IMG/VR virus record: IMGVR_UViG_3300042565_001021
Location: 91,046 to 155,045 of that record
DNA length: 64,000 bases
Origin: a virus
Direction: 5' to 3' (one strand)
Both the position numbers and the translations under genes were made by a program. The notes below the pieces were generated by a model. The model was given only the letters and a program-made list of their open reading frames with translations. It was not told where the DNA came from and made no database searches. This document shows, piece by piece, positions 45,367 to 54,733 of the stretch; the first letter of the stretch is position 1; every line of letters begins with the position of its first letter.

Positions 45367-46506
45367 TCAATGATTTCCGAAGTTAGCTGCGCTAAAGTGT
45401 AAGCGATTGACGAGCTTGATGTAACCGCCTTCATCGAACAATACATATCCCTCGCCTCCACGCTCGCCATTGATATGAGCATAGACGCCGTTGTTGTTAT
45501 TGTCGAGCTGGCCAATGATATCGTGTTTTAAGCTAGTAACTGCGTCAAATACGTTAAAGATAGCCTTCAGTCCTGCTGGGTTTGCTTTAATGTACTCTTG
45601 AACCTTGGCAACCATTGGTTTAGACAGCTTAGGATTTTGTTGGACCCAGGTTCCAAACTTTGATGCCAGGTTATCCAGGTCGCGGATCTTAGTTTGCTGG
45701 TTAACAAATGTATAAAGCATATCAGGTAACCCAGACATCTTGTTAGCTTGAAGCGTTTCTGTGTTTAAGAACCCGTCAATTGCCTTGGCGTTCTTCCTGA
45801 CATAATCAGTTGTCTCTTTAAACTTACGCTTGTCCATCTGTACATCGCCTTGTACCTTAATCTCCGGGCCTAATACGCAGAGCTGGCTGTTAATGTTAAG
45901 TCCTGCTGTTGTTTTTAGCGGCTCAGGCACCTTATCTTCTGTTGTTTTACAGTAGCCGTGCACTGCGAAGCCAGCTTGCCCTTGTCCAACACGATGACCA
46001 AGCTCTGTTGTCTTATCGATCTCGTATTTTGTAGTACCTTCGCCAAACACAAACGACTTACCGTTGTCCTGTAAGTTACCAGGCCACCACATTACGTCGC
46101 CTTTGACAAATCCTTTGTAACCCGGCGGAAACGCTGATTCCATAATTGGCCACAATGCTGCTATCTTGCTTAGGAATTCTTCGTTTCCGCCCTTGCTGCG
46201 CTTCTGGGCCAAGAAGTCTTTCACAGAAGTGTACAGCCCGTTGTATCCTTTAGCTGTCCATCCTGCCATATCTGTCATAATAAACGTACCACTAACGTCG
46301 CGGCCTGCGAACAAAGCAACTTGTCCATCCCACTTAATAGTAAGGGCAGTATCTCTTGTTTTAGGCAGATGCTTGAAGCTGTTAATCACACGTAATGCTC
46401 CAGCACTACCTTCGTAGAAGATGATGTCTTCAGCGTGGGCCATTCCTACTTCGTTTAGTTTGAAGGTAGGCTTCCTGTTTTCTACAATAATTTCACTTAT
46501 TTTCAT
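45367..46506 (-). CDS. Ligase-like nucleotidyltransferase-motif protein (MKISEIIVE N-terminus)
   Basis: TIKWDG, KGD, GEGYV, KLVNR. Confidence 0.55.
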   Translation of the reverse strand: MKISEIIVENRKPTFKLNEVGMAHAEDIIFYEGSAGALRVINSFKHLPKTRDTALTIKWDGQVALFAGRDVSGTFIMTDMAGWTAKGYNGLYTSVKDFLAQKRSKGGNEEFLSKIAALWPIMESAFPPGYKGFVKGDVMWWPGNLQDNGKSFVFGEGTTKYEIDKTTELGHRVGQGQAGFAVHGYCKTTEDKVPEPLKTTAGLNINSQLCVLGPEIKVQGDVQMDKRKFKETTDYVRKNAKAIDGFLNTETLQANKMSGLPDMLYTFVNQQTKIRDLDNLASKFGTWVQQNPKLSKPMVAKVQEYIKANPAGLKAIFNVFDAVTSLKHDIIGQLDNNNNGVYAHINGERGGEGYVLFDEGGYIKLVNRLHFSAANFGNH

Positions 46507-47188
46507 TATAAGAAATTTCCGTCATGTAAGCACTAACATCATCGTAATACCCAGGCCTGTCGTCGTCATCGTCTACGTTAGACTTAACTAAGTAGTATCC
46601 GTCGGGCGCATGTATCATTACTTCGTTCTTGCTTTTAATTGCTTCTTGTAACCCATCAGTTCTGTATCCGCTATCTTCAAGAACAGCTATTACGTCTTCA
46701 GCATAGGCTTCTTTGTTAAATTCCTGAGTAGGAAAACTGTTGGGGTATAGAGGATCGGCAACTGTCATATAATAGTAGGACATCTCAAGATGTCCTACTT
46801 TGCTATATGTTAAATCAGATACGTCTGGTGACCAGCATATCGTAAATTCTCCGATCGGAAACAATATGTGGGCAGCACCGTACTCTGTAGATTGAATCGC
46901 ATCGTTGCAAGCAAATGTAGCATTTGACCTAAATCGGATTCCAAACTTCTTTAAGAAATAGTCGTCGCATATCTGATGTAACTCAAGAGGAGTATCTAAC
47001 GGCGTACGGTTAACTGGCAACGGTTGAAACGAAAAATTCGGTAGTCTTTTACGAACTCCGCGATATAACTTATTATAGGAAGGATCCCCAAGCTGAGACA
47101 GATACGGATTACAATCGGTTAAGATTTTAATCGCAGCATCTTTAGCTTTTACTCCAACTGCTTCGAGGATAATTTCGGCTACTTTCAT
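46493..47188 (-). CDS. ART-like paralogue (MKVAEIILE N-terminus)
   Basis: LYRG...R.PLDTP...FRSNATFA...YG...FPIG...CWSP..DL...NEVM. Confidence 0.5.
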   Translation of the reverse strand: MKVAEIILEAVGVKAKDAAIKILTDCNPYLSQLGDPSYNKLYRGVRKRLPNFSFQPLPVNRTPLDTPLELHQICDDYFLKKFGIRFRSNATFACNDAIQSTEYGAAHILFPIGEFTICWSPDVSDLTYSKVGHLEMSYYYMTVADPLYPNSFPTQEFNKEAYAEDVIAVLEDSGYRTDGLQEAIKSKNEVMIHAPDGYYLVKSNVDDDDDRPGYYDDVSAYMTEISYNENK

Positions 47189-47204
47189 GGTATCGTATTT
47201 ATCC

Positions 47205-47849
47205 TTACTGGACTGGCCAAGGTCCGCCAAGAAACAGGGCCTTGTACATCTTTCTTCCATCAGCGTACCATCCTTGGTCGCGCATTAGCGCATACATGTC
47301 GAGTATGTAATACGACTTACAGTAGATCATAATCTCTTTGTATGAAAACACCGCAGTAGTTAAGTCTTCGTTAAGCTTGTATTCAGCACGGTCCATTGAA
47401 TCATACACCTCTTCAGCAATCTCTCTTGCTGAGAGCTTTTGCCCGGTTAGATGATGAAATTGATCGGTCAAATCACGAACTTTGTGCGACCAGCAGTAAT
47501 CGAATTGTCCTATCGGAAACACCATAAAAGGCGTACCAAACGACGAAGCCGATCCTTCCGACCCTGTTGTGAATATAGTATGCTGCTGTCTGAACGGGAT
47601 CTTAAACTTCTTATTCAAGTAAGACATCATGTATGTGTTAATGATAGCCGGAGTATCGCGAGGACTACGAAATTGTTCAGTCGCCACTGTGGAAAAGATA
47701 GTACCTGCGTTTCGAGCATGAGATAATCCACGCCACATTGGTTCTTCACATTGTGATAAGAAAGGTTGGCAGCTTCGTTTAATTTGCGAAACTACTCCAT
47801 CTGCATCAACGCTTCCTAATGCTTCTGTTAATACCTCACAGACTTTCAT
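47205..47849 (-). CDS. ART-like paralogue (MKVCEVLTE N-terminus)
   Basis: MWRG...RSPRDTP...FTT...FG...FPIG..YCWS..DL...EIM. Confidence 0.5.
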   Translation of the reverse strand: MKVCEVLTEALGSVDADGVVSQIKRSCQPFLSQCEEPMWRGLSHARNAGTIFSTVATEQFRSPRDTPAIINTYMMSYLNKKFKIPFRQQHTIFTTGSEGSASSFGTPFMVFPIGQFDYCWSHKVRDLTDQFHHLTGQKLSAREIAEEVYDSMDRAEYKLNEDLTTAVFSYKEIMIYCKSYYILDMYALMRDQGWYADGRKMYKALFLGGPWPVQ

Positions 47850-48601
47850 CTGACTAAAATGTTCTGTATCTGCCTGAACCAACTCGGCGACCCTGCCGGA
47901 GCAGACTCAGGTAAGCGGAGTAGGTTCTTTTTAGCAGCTTCTCTTGCTTGTGCTAGCTTCTCTTCTTTTCGTGGATCGTTTGCTAATGCTTTCAGTATCG
48001 TCTTCACTGACGCAAGGTCAGCTCCAGTAGCATTAGGGTTTAACAAGATCTTCGCTACTGCGTCCTTGTCATTGGCAACTACTTCATTCGTCGTACGATC
48101 TACTAACTTTCCTTCAAACGGACTAAACTTTAGGCCTAAAGCTTTTGCTATAGATGAATACAGAATAAACAGCTCTCCACCCTTAAACTCTGGGTCGTTG
48201 TATTGTCCTGATAGTCCGTGCTGGTGAAACGGTGCTACTCGGCTTGCGTCTGGAATGACCATTACATCAACTTGAACAAAGGATCCATCAGGGACTGGCA
48301 TACGAACGTGAACGTTGCGACCAGAAAGCGCACATTGAAACCCTTTAGCTTCGATAAACTTACGCAATGCTACCTTAGCTTGCTTTTCGTCTTTAGCGTT
48401 AAAGAACTGCTGTATTTCAGCAGCATCTACGAACACATCCATGTCACCAGATTCTACCTTATAGCCGGCTGAGCCAATGTGAGGTATGATCTTAATACCG
48501 TCCGGCATCAGACCTTGTATGTCATTGATGATCTTTGGAACGTATTCCTTCTTAATCGCAGTTACATCATCAAATACGTTACCACCTTCTGTTAAAATCA
48601 T
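47846..48601 (-). CDS. Pol-beta-superfamily nucleotidyltransferase-like protein
   Basis: IGSAG...SGDMDVFVD...VQVDVM. Confidence 0.6.
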   Translation of the reverse strand: MILTEGGNVFDDVTAIKKEYVPKIINDIQGLMPDGIKIIPHIGSAGYKVESGDMDVFVDAAEIQQFFNAKDEKQAKVALRKFIEAKGFQCALSGRNVHVRMPVPDGSFVQVDVMVIPDASRVAPFHQHGLSGQYNDPEFKGGELFILYSSIAKALGLKFSPFEGKLVDRTTNEVVANDKDAVAKILLNPNATGADLASVKTILKALANDPRKEEKLAQAREAAKKNLLRLPESAPAGSPSWFRQIQNILVR

Positions 48602-49623
48602 TTCTTAGGCTTCCTTACACTCCACGGCACTCCACCGGCCGATTCGGCAGTAGCGGGTTCTCTAGTTTTCTGTCTAGCAGGATTATAAGCCGACGGTGCA
48701 GGAGCTGGCGCAAAAGTAGGCATAGGGGCAGGATTGCGTGTGTTTGTTTTTACTGTTGGCGCATTAGCTTTCCATCCAGTATTATAGCTCGGAGCAGGTG
48801 CAGCAGCAGGCACAGGCGGAGGAACTGAAGCGGCAGGAGCAGCAACTACTTCGGGCTCAGCGTAATCAGGATTGTTGTACTTGTTCCATGTGTTTAACTG
48901 TTGCTGGTATCTCTTCTTGTATTCTTTTACTTCGCGTGGATTTGCTCCGGCCGGGATTTCTAGCTTAGGCTTTGTTGATGTGGATGCAGTATTTTGAGCC
49001 AACATCTGATTAGCTATTGTTTCATAGGACGGATCCCCCGGTTTTAACGGTTTCTGCCCTTTTCCTACTACAATCGGGTCACCGTGCTTAAATGTAGCAG
49101 GAATCGCAGCAGGAATCGCAGCAGGAGTCGCAGGTGTGTATTCGATGTCTGGCAACTCTCTTTTTCCAGTGGTTGCCGCTGGTTCAGCTGCAGGAGCAGG
49201 AGCAGGTTCAGCTGCAGGAGCAACAGGTTCAGCTGCAGGAGCAGTGGCCTTTTTAGCTCTTGCTTGTACCGGAGTGCCTAATCGCTCTAAGTTTGCTGCA
49301 TTGAGAATATACTGAAGAACATTATTTGGATCGTTTGCTCCAACTAACTTACCTTTTGTGTATTTGCCACCCAGGTACTTCTCTAGGTACCTGTCCAGGT
49401 GACCTTTAATTTGATTATCCGTAGAGTTAGCTGGAATAGAAGGAGCAATTTCAGTTTGCCACCTTTTTAGAATATCGTTTGCCCAGTCATTAATGTTTCC
49501 TTTTGCCATACCAGTCCTAAAGTTGGCTGCTCCTTTACCGGACGGCATACCTGCAATGCCGGCGCCAACTGCTTTTACAGTATCCCAGAATCCCTCGTTT
49601 ATCACTATCTCGTTAACCTTCAT
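48598..49623 (-). CDS. Pro/Ala-rich protein (MKVNEIVINE N-terminus)
   Basis: APAAEP repeats near 49180-49245. Confidence 0.7.
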   Translation of the reverse strand: MKVNEIVINEGFWDTVKAVGAGIAGMPSGKGAANFRTGMAKGNINDWANDILKRWQTEIAPSIPANSTDNQIKGHLDRYLEKYLGGKYTKGKLVGANDPNNVLQYILNAANLERLGTPVQARAKKATAPAAEPVAPAAEPAPAPAAEPAATTGKRELPDIEYTPATPAAIPAAIPATFKHGDPIVVGKGQKPLKPGDPSYETIANQMLAQNTASTSTKPKLEIPAGANPREVKEYKKRYQQQLNTWNKYNNPDYAEPEVVAAPAASVPPPVPAAAPAPSYNTGWKANAPTVKTNTRNPAPMPTFAPAPAPSAYNPARQKTREPATAESAGGVPWSVRKPKK

Positions 49624-49862
49624 TCTTTAAGTCTCCTAACCCCACGGGAGAACTTTGCAGAGTCTTGTCCTTTAATGCTGTTGATTAGCCTGCGCTCAAG
49701 ATCCGCAGCAACATCCTCGGGATAAGACTCGCGAATCAAGTTTATCAGATTAATAGCACCTTGGATAATGTTGTTCGCTCTACTTTCGATGAGATTTTCC
49801 TTGTCGCGTAGATTTACTAAGTTATCTAACTCTTCGAGGATTGATCTCGTTCTCTTTTGCAA
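49620..49862 (-). CDS. Hypothetical late protein
   Basis: Late promoter/hairpin at 49867-49888. Confidence 0.7.
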   Translation of the reverse strand: MQKRTRSILEELDNLVNLRDKENLIESRANNIIQGAINLINLIRESYPEDVAADLERRLINSIKGQDSAKFSRGVRRLKE

Positions 49863-49897
49863 AATTTAGCTCCTTATGAACTATTTATCTGATTCAG

Positions 49898-51334
49898 TTA
49901 ATTGTTCTGTCGGAGATTAGCTAACATGCTCTTCAGTTTAGTAGCCTGAACTTCTGCCACCGGAGACTTAGTTATTTCACCTGTTTCGGGATCTATTGTC
50001 TCTTTAACGGCAGCATTTGTAACTGACTTACCTTTAATCTTACCTAATATGTTGCTTGCTGCGTTAGGGTTCGGTGCAGAGCTCTCTTCGCCCGCATCTA
50101 CAATGCGCAACGACTCTACGTTAAAGTCAAGATCGACCTTCATGCCAACACCGCTTGAGCTACGTGTTTTAAGTAGCTGTAACTGATACTTGCCGCGCTC
50201 ACGCATTGCCCTACTTGTAAAAATACCAAACACGTTGTCTGCTGTGTTGATCTTACTGATACCACCGCTAATGTGGCTGTGGTCAAACTCTACTTCATCA
50301 ACTGCGGATCTGTTTAGCTGCGATGCTGTAATAAACAGAACATTTAATTCCTTAGCTAGGTTGCGCAACTCTTCAGACACATACTTGTCCTTAACGAACA
50401 GGTCATTTGGGCTTACCTTAGCAGTTACTGGCATAAGCAAGTCTAAGTAGTCTACCATTAGGAAATCTACCTTCGTACCAGTTTGAACTTGGAATTCCTT
50501 AATGTAGCTGCGAATGTCGTTAACTGTGCTCTGTGCCGGCATATACTTGACTTGGAACGCGCCAGACTTCTTACCTGCCATCGCTACCTTCAGCTCTACA
50601 TCATCTAAGTTCTTGAAAATCTCTTTAGTGCTTACGTTTGCTACCATGCTGTCGATACGCATAGAGCATAAGCCCTCGCTTAGTTCTAGTGTTAGGTAAA
50701 TACCGTTCAGTCCTGCCGTAAACCAGTTTACGCTAATGTTCTGCATGAACAACGATTTTCCACTACCAGAGCCGCCCGCGAAGATGTTTAGCTCGCCCCT
50801 GTTCATACCACCAAACAATGCCCTGTCGAGTGCCGGCCATCCTGTGCTAACTTGTCCATTACCTGCTTTGATTGCCATCAGTCTTTCGCGCGGATTTTTA
50901 AAGTAATCTGTGCCGATGTCTTTAACAAGTCCGATCTGCACCGCATCCTTGATAAGCTTCTCAACGGGAGAAAACTCTCCCTTCTCAATCAAATCTGCCG
51001 ACTTTAGAATTGCCCGTTCAAGTTCTTTCCTGCGGCTAAAATTCTCAAACTCTTCTAAGAACCATCCCTGATGCTCATCACCTAATCCAGTAGTTGCTTT
51101 AAGCTCGATTCCTGTAACAGCATTTACCTGGGCAACTGTTGGCATTGCCTTGTGCTTATCTACATGCTCTTTTAGAAACCGTGCAGTATCTTTAAGGGAT
51201 CTATCAAAGTTATCTGCGTTGTAGATATTCTGAACCCGGACGTAAGACTCTGGATTGTCGATCATCATCTCTAAGAACAACTTCTGCAAATCAGCAGAAT
51301 AGTTTTTTACATTTGTTGGTTGTTTTTCGTTCAT
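49898..51334 (-). CDS. Replicative DnaB/gp41-like helicase
   Basis: GGSGSGKS, LELSE, VDYLDL, TASQLNR, KTRSS. Confidence 0.92.
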   Translation of the reverse strand: MNEKQPTNVKNYSADLQKLFLEMMIDNPESYVRVQNIYNADNFDRSLKDTARFLKEHVDKHKAMPTVAQVNAVTGIELKATTGLGDEHQGWFLEEFENFSRRKELERAILKSADLIEKGEFSPVEKLIKDAVQIGLVKDIGTDYFKNPRERLMAIKAGNGQVSTGWPALDRALFGGMNRGELNIFAGGSGSGKSLFMQNISVNWFTAGLNGIYLTLELSEGLCSMRIDSMVANVSTKEIFKNLDDVELKVAMAGKKSGAFQVKYMPAQSTVNDIRSYIKEFQVQTGTKVDFLMVDYLDLLMPVTAKVSPNDLFVKDKYVSEELRNLAKELNVLFITASQLNRSAVDEVEFDHSHISGGISKINTADNVFGIFTSRAMRERGKYQLQLLKTRSSSGVGMKVDLDFNVESLRIVDAGEESSAPNPNAASNILGKIKGKSVTNAAVKETIDPETGEITKSPVAEVQATKLKSMLANLRQNN

Positions 51335-51343
51335 ATTTTTCCT

Positions 51344-52219
51344 TTACTTAGTGCAGCAAAACTTACATGCTGGCAATTTTTGTTCTTCTAACTTATCTAA
51401 AAATGTTCGGTACTTGGATCCGTCAGCTAAGTGGTAAGAGAGGGGCGAATTCCTTATGTGAAACTCTGGATTGAGTTCAAACTGTGTTCCTCTAACCAGT
51501 CTGTAATCTGCTGCATAACAACAAGGATAAAAATATCCAGCAGCTGATACGAAATGAGCATTAAGAGTCTGTTTGCACTCTGGAGCAAATATTTGTGTAG
51601 TTCCCGGTCTTGGTCTCGACCAACCTACACTCGGTTTTAAGTAATCGTTTTCTATCCATCTACCAGACGTAACAATACGAAACTCGTCTACTCCCAAGGT
51701 CAGTGCGTCTGCTCGAGCATCGTGAATTGTATCTTCGTTAAAGCTAAACGGAATGTACTTCCACATAACCTTAGCAGGAGAATTGACCATTGCTCGTATT
51801 CCTATTTCAATGGTCTTCCAGTCTGCATTTATTCTGTACTTCGTAAAATTATATGGAGTACCGTCGATCGAAAAAATAATCGTATCCTCTGGTCGCACTA
51901 TCTGAGCAAATTTGCTCCACCATTCAGAAGACTTATAACTGCCGTTAGTCATAACTTCAATTCGGGCTGCGCCTCGATCCGTAAAGCCTTTGTATATTTC
52001 CAAAAACTCACTGTGGTAAATAGGATCACCTAAGTTACCGCTCAGTAACACTAAACAGCTCGATAAATCTACATCAAGGAACTTAAACAAGTCGGTTGGG
52101 TTTATGTCCTCTTTCTTAATCGTCCCGTACTCATTGATTACGTCGGTCCGAGCACATCGAGGACACTTAAGGGGACATCGGGTAGTTATTTCTAAGTGAA
52201 GACTTGTTAGTAGAGTCAT
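51344..52219 (-). CDS. Radical SAM protein with SPASM/Twitch-like tail
   Basis: CPLKCPRC; GNLGDP; TNG; FSIDG; YPCC...CKFC. Confidence 0.88.
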   Translation of the reverse strand: MTLLTSLHLEITTRCPLKCPRCARTDVINEYGTIKKEDINPTDLFKFLDVDLSSCLVLLSGNLGDPIYHSEFLEIYKGFTDRGAARIEVMTNGSYKSSEWWSKFAQIVRPEDTIIFSIDGTPYNFTKYRINADWKTIEIGIRAMVNSPAKVMWKYIPFSFNEDTIHDARADALTLGVDEFRIVTSGRWIENDYLKPSVGWSRPRPGTTQIFAPECKQTLNAHFVSAAGYFYPCCYAADYRLVRGTQFELNPEFHIRNSPLSYHLADGSKYRTFLDKLEEQKLPACKFCCTK

Positions 52220-53256
52220 GCAAATTTCCTTCTCATCAACTTAATCTTTAGCTCGCTTGTTTCAACAGAATCGACGATGGTTTTTAACACGAACAATTTT
52301 CCGTATTTTATAACAGCATCGTTTATATCGCTACACGTTTCTGACCACACAGGAAACGATACCGACCATCCATGTGCTAACGCTATATCGACTAAGTTCT
52401 GTCCGGTCTTGTTCCAATCCGGTACTACTATAATTTCTCTGTCTAAGTTCTCAATGATATCTACTTGTTGCTTCGTTACTTCGGCCTTCATTACTGCCAC
52501 TGCATCAATACTTAGCGCATCAAACACACCTTCACAAACAATCACAAACTTCTGATTCTTTAACTGCTTATCTACGTTAAACACGTATCCAGAGTCAAAC
52601 TGGTTGTAGTATTTTGGTGTTATTCCATCGATTGTTGCGCGAGCAGTATAACCTATTATCTCGTTGTTCCAAGTGAAAGGAACGATGACTCGTTTGTTTA
52701 GTTTGTGCTCTGTTATGTCAGTTACGTAAAAGTCGTATTTCTGCATGTTGATGCTTCGGCAATTTACGTAAGTAATAGCTCTTGTAAAGTCTGCCGGCCA
52801 TATATGGCTGTTATCTTTAAGCTCGTAAAATTCTACCATCCCTAAGAAGCTGACAGATTCTTCTGGCAAAGGAACCTTCTTAAATTCGACCTTTAGGTCT
52901 TCTTTTTTTTCGACAGGTTTAACTAAGCCTAATGCTTCTTGTCGTTGCGCTTCGCGCAATGCTTCGAGCTTTAACCTGTAAATCTCAAGGTCATCAACTC
53001 CTAACCATTTAAGTAACTTCTGAAACTTAAACGGTAGAGCATAGCCTGGAACGTAAGATGCCTTAAACTGACAGTTGAAGCAATGAAAGCTGACCGTCCC
53101 GTCGCCGTTTATGATCAGGCCGCCGCGACCTCTTGTGTCCTGGGATTCACCGTTATGAGGACAGCAAACAGCATTGCCTGTTATCCACCCCTTAGAGGCG
53201 GTGCGTGTTTTTCGCCCAGTCTTCCAAGCGGCAAGAACTGTATCTTGAATAATCAT
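52216..53256 (-). CDS. DNA primase (gp61-like)
   Basis: Zn-binding CC.H...HCFNC; TOPRIM CEGVFDA, PDW, DIND. Confidence 0.85.
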   Translation of the reverse strand: MIIQDTVLAAWKTGRKTRTASKGWITGNAVCCPHNGESQDTRGRGGLIINGDGTVSFHCFNCQFKASYVPGYALPFKFQKLLKWLGVDDLEIYRLKLEALREAQRQEALGLVKPVEKKEDLKVEFKKVPLPEESVSFLGMVEFYELKDNSHIWPADFTRAITYVNCRSINMQKYDFYVTDITEHKLNKRVIVPFTWNNEIIGYTARATIDGITPKYYNQFDSGYVFNVDKQLKNQKFVIVCEGVFDALSIDAVAVMKAEVTKQQVDIIENLDREIIVVPDWNKTGQNLVDIALAHGWSVSFPVWSETCSDINDAVIKYGKLFVLKTIVDSVETSELKIKLMRRKFA

Positions 53257-53294
53257 ACAATAATTATACGCAACTGGAGGTCAGGATGTCAAAT

Positions 53295-54077
53295 TTATGC
53301 GCGGTATAATATCTTCGAAACTTCGCCCGAATCGGCTGTTATTTCGAATCTAACAGCAGTATAAACTCCGTTAAAATTGTAGAAGGTTGGAACCACTTGA
53401 TCTACAAACGGTAAGGTAGAAACCGTTGCCCAATTTAGCGTAACGTTACCAATGTTGCCAACTGTAGGCAGCGTGTCTAACGTGCTTTGGACAGCCACGT
53501 TTCCAGTAAAGTTCTCAAAGTAGAACTGTGCTGTGTGGTGTGCTGATTGCTGCCTAGACGGTGTGTCACTTGTAATGGCCGACGTGAATACGTTGGTGTT
53601 GCTGGTCGTTGGTATCTGCACGTTGATGCTTGGGTTAAACTTTGGATAGTGTCCGTCACGTAGCTCAATTTCCCCGCGCACACCGTAGTTATCGTCTGCG
53701 TAAAGAACTTGCTCTGAACCGTATGGATCGGTTATGCTCAGGCTATACTTGTAGCGTGGGTTAGATAGGTCGATCAAATCAAAGTCAGATAACGTAGCAG
53801 TAATCACGCCAACGTTAGCGTCGACTGCCGTCATTGCTTTGCTCACTACAACCGAGCTCTCATCGTCGGATAGCATATTAAAGGTTAGGTCCCAGTCAGT
53901 GACGTTAACTGGTTTCTGGTCGCTGTTTTTAACGGTAAAACGAATAACGTTATCAACCCCTTTGTAAAGTTTAACAGTTCTCGTGTACAAGATTCGGTTC
54001 CTTAAGGTTAGTGTTGGGTCGATGTTAAATTGAACCTCGACTTCATTTGGATAATAGTAGGCATTAACGGTTTGCAT
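53295..54077 (-). CDS. Hypothetical late virion protein
   Basis: KLYKGVDN.I.F.VKN.DQKP; ATAAATA 5 nt before ATG 54077. Confidence 0.65.
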   Translation of the reverse strand: MQTVNAYYYPNEVEVQFNIDPTLTLRNRILYTRTVKLYKGVDNVIRFTVKNSDQKPVNVTDWDLTFNMLSDDESSVVVSKAMTAVDANVGVITATLSDFDLIDLSNPRYKYSLSITDPYGSEQVLYADDNYGVRGEIELRDGHYPKFNPSINVQIPTTSNTNVFTSAITSDTPSRQQSAHHTAQFYFENFTGNVAVQSTLDTLPTVGNIGNVTLNWATVSTLPFVDQVVPTFYNFNGVYTAVRFEITADSGEVSKILYRA

Positions 54078-54130
54078 TGTAATATTTATCCAGAATAATA
54101 CAAACGGAAAATCAAAACATAAATAATGCT

Positions 54131-54505
54131 GTGACCAGTGCTTACTTACCTCTAATAGAAAAACATCCTTTTTTAACATACCTCGTTCATAGCGGCAATG
54201 ACTACGTAGGCGTAATTCAGAACGTCGATGATACGATTACAACTATCTATGACTTTAGTGTCCTCAAATCAACAGACGAGAAGAAGATATTCTTAGAACT
54301 GGCTGAATCTTGGTGGTGGGAAAGCAACAGGATCATACCTATCAACGTGTTCCTAAAACAAGAATGGGTTATGTTCAGACCAACGCTTAAAACGTTTAAC
54401 TCAAAAGACGTTGAGATTAAGTGCGGACCTTGCGTTAGCTTAAAAGAGATGGCACTCAGTAGATCTAAGCGCAGATCGATTACGTTAGTTCGCAGGATAC
54501 TTTAA
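54131..54505 (+). CDS. Hypothetical conserved phage protein
   Basis: WWWESNR.IPIN; ATAAATA 5 nt before the GTG. Confidence 0.75.
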   Translation: MTSAYLPLIEKHPFLTYLVHSGNDYVGVIQNVDDTITTIYDFSVLKSTDEKKIFLELAESWWWESNRIIPINVFLKQEWVMFRPTLKTFNSKDVEIKCGPCVSLKEMALSRSKRRSITLVRRIL

Positions 54506-54733
54506 CAGCAGCATAGTAAGAGTCTGGTCGTCGCATTCTACGTATTCAATAACGTTAGTAGGCCCGGTTGAAACTACGTCTATGCTCCATTCGTCACGCA
54601 GCCATTGGTAAAACTTGTCGTCATACAAATACATGCCCGCCTCTTTCTTTAATTCTCGCAGAATGTGCGACCAAGAGACAGGGACATACCAGCCGCGCGC
54701 ACCGGGTATCGGGTTAGTCAGGTAGTGTCTCAT
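54485..54733 (-). CDS. Hypothetical protein, distant member of the FxxExD..LxW family
   Basis: Ends DDQTLTMLLLKY. Confidence 0.55.
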   Translation of the reverse strand: MRHYLTNPIPGARGWYVPVSWSHILRELKKEAGMYLYDDKFYQWLRDEWSIDVVSTGPTNVIEYVECDDQTLTMLLLKYPAN

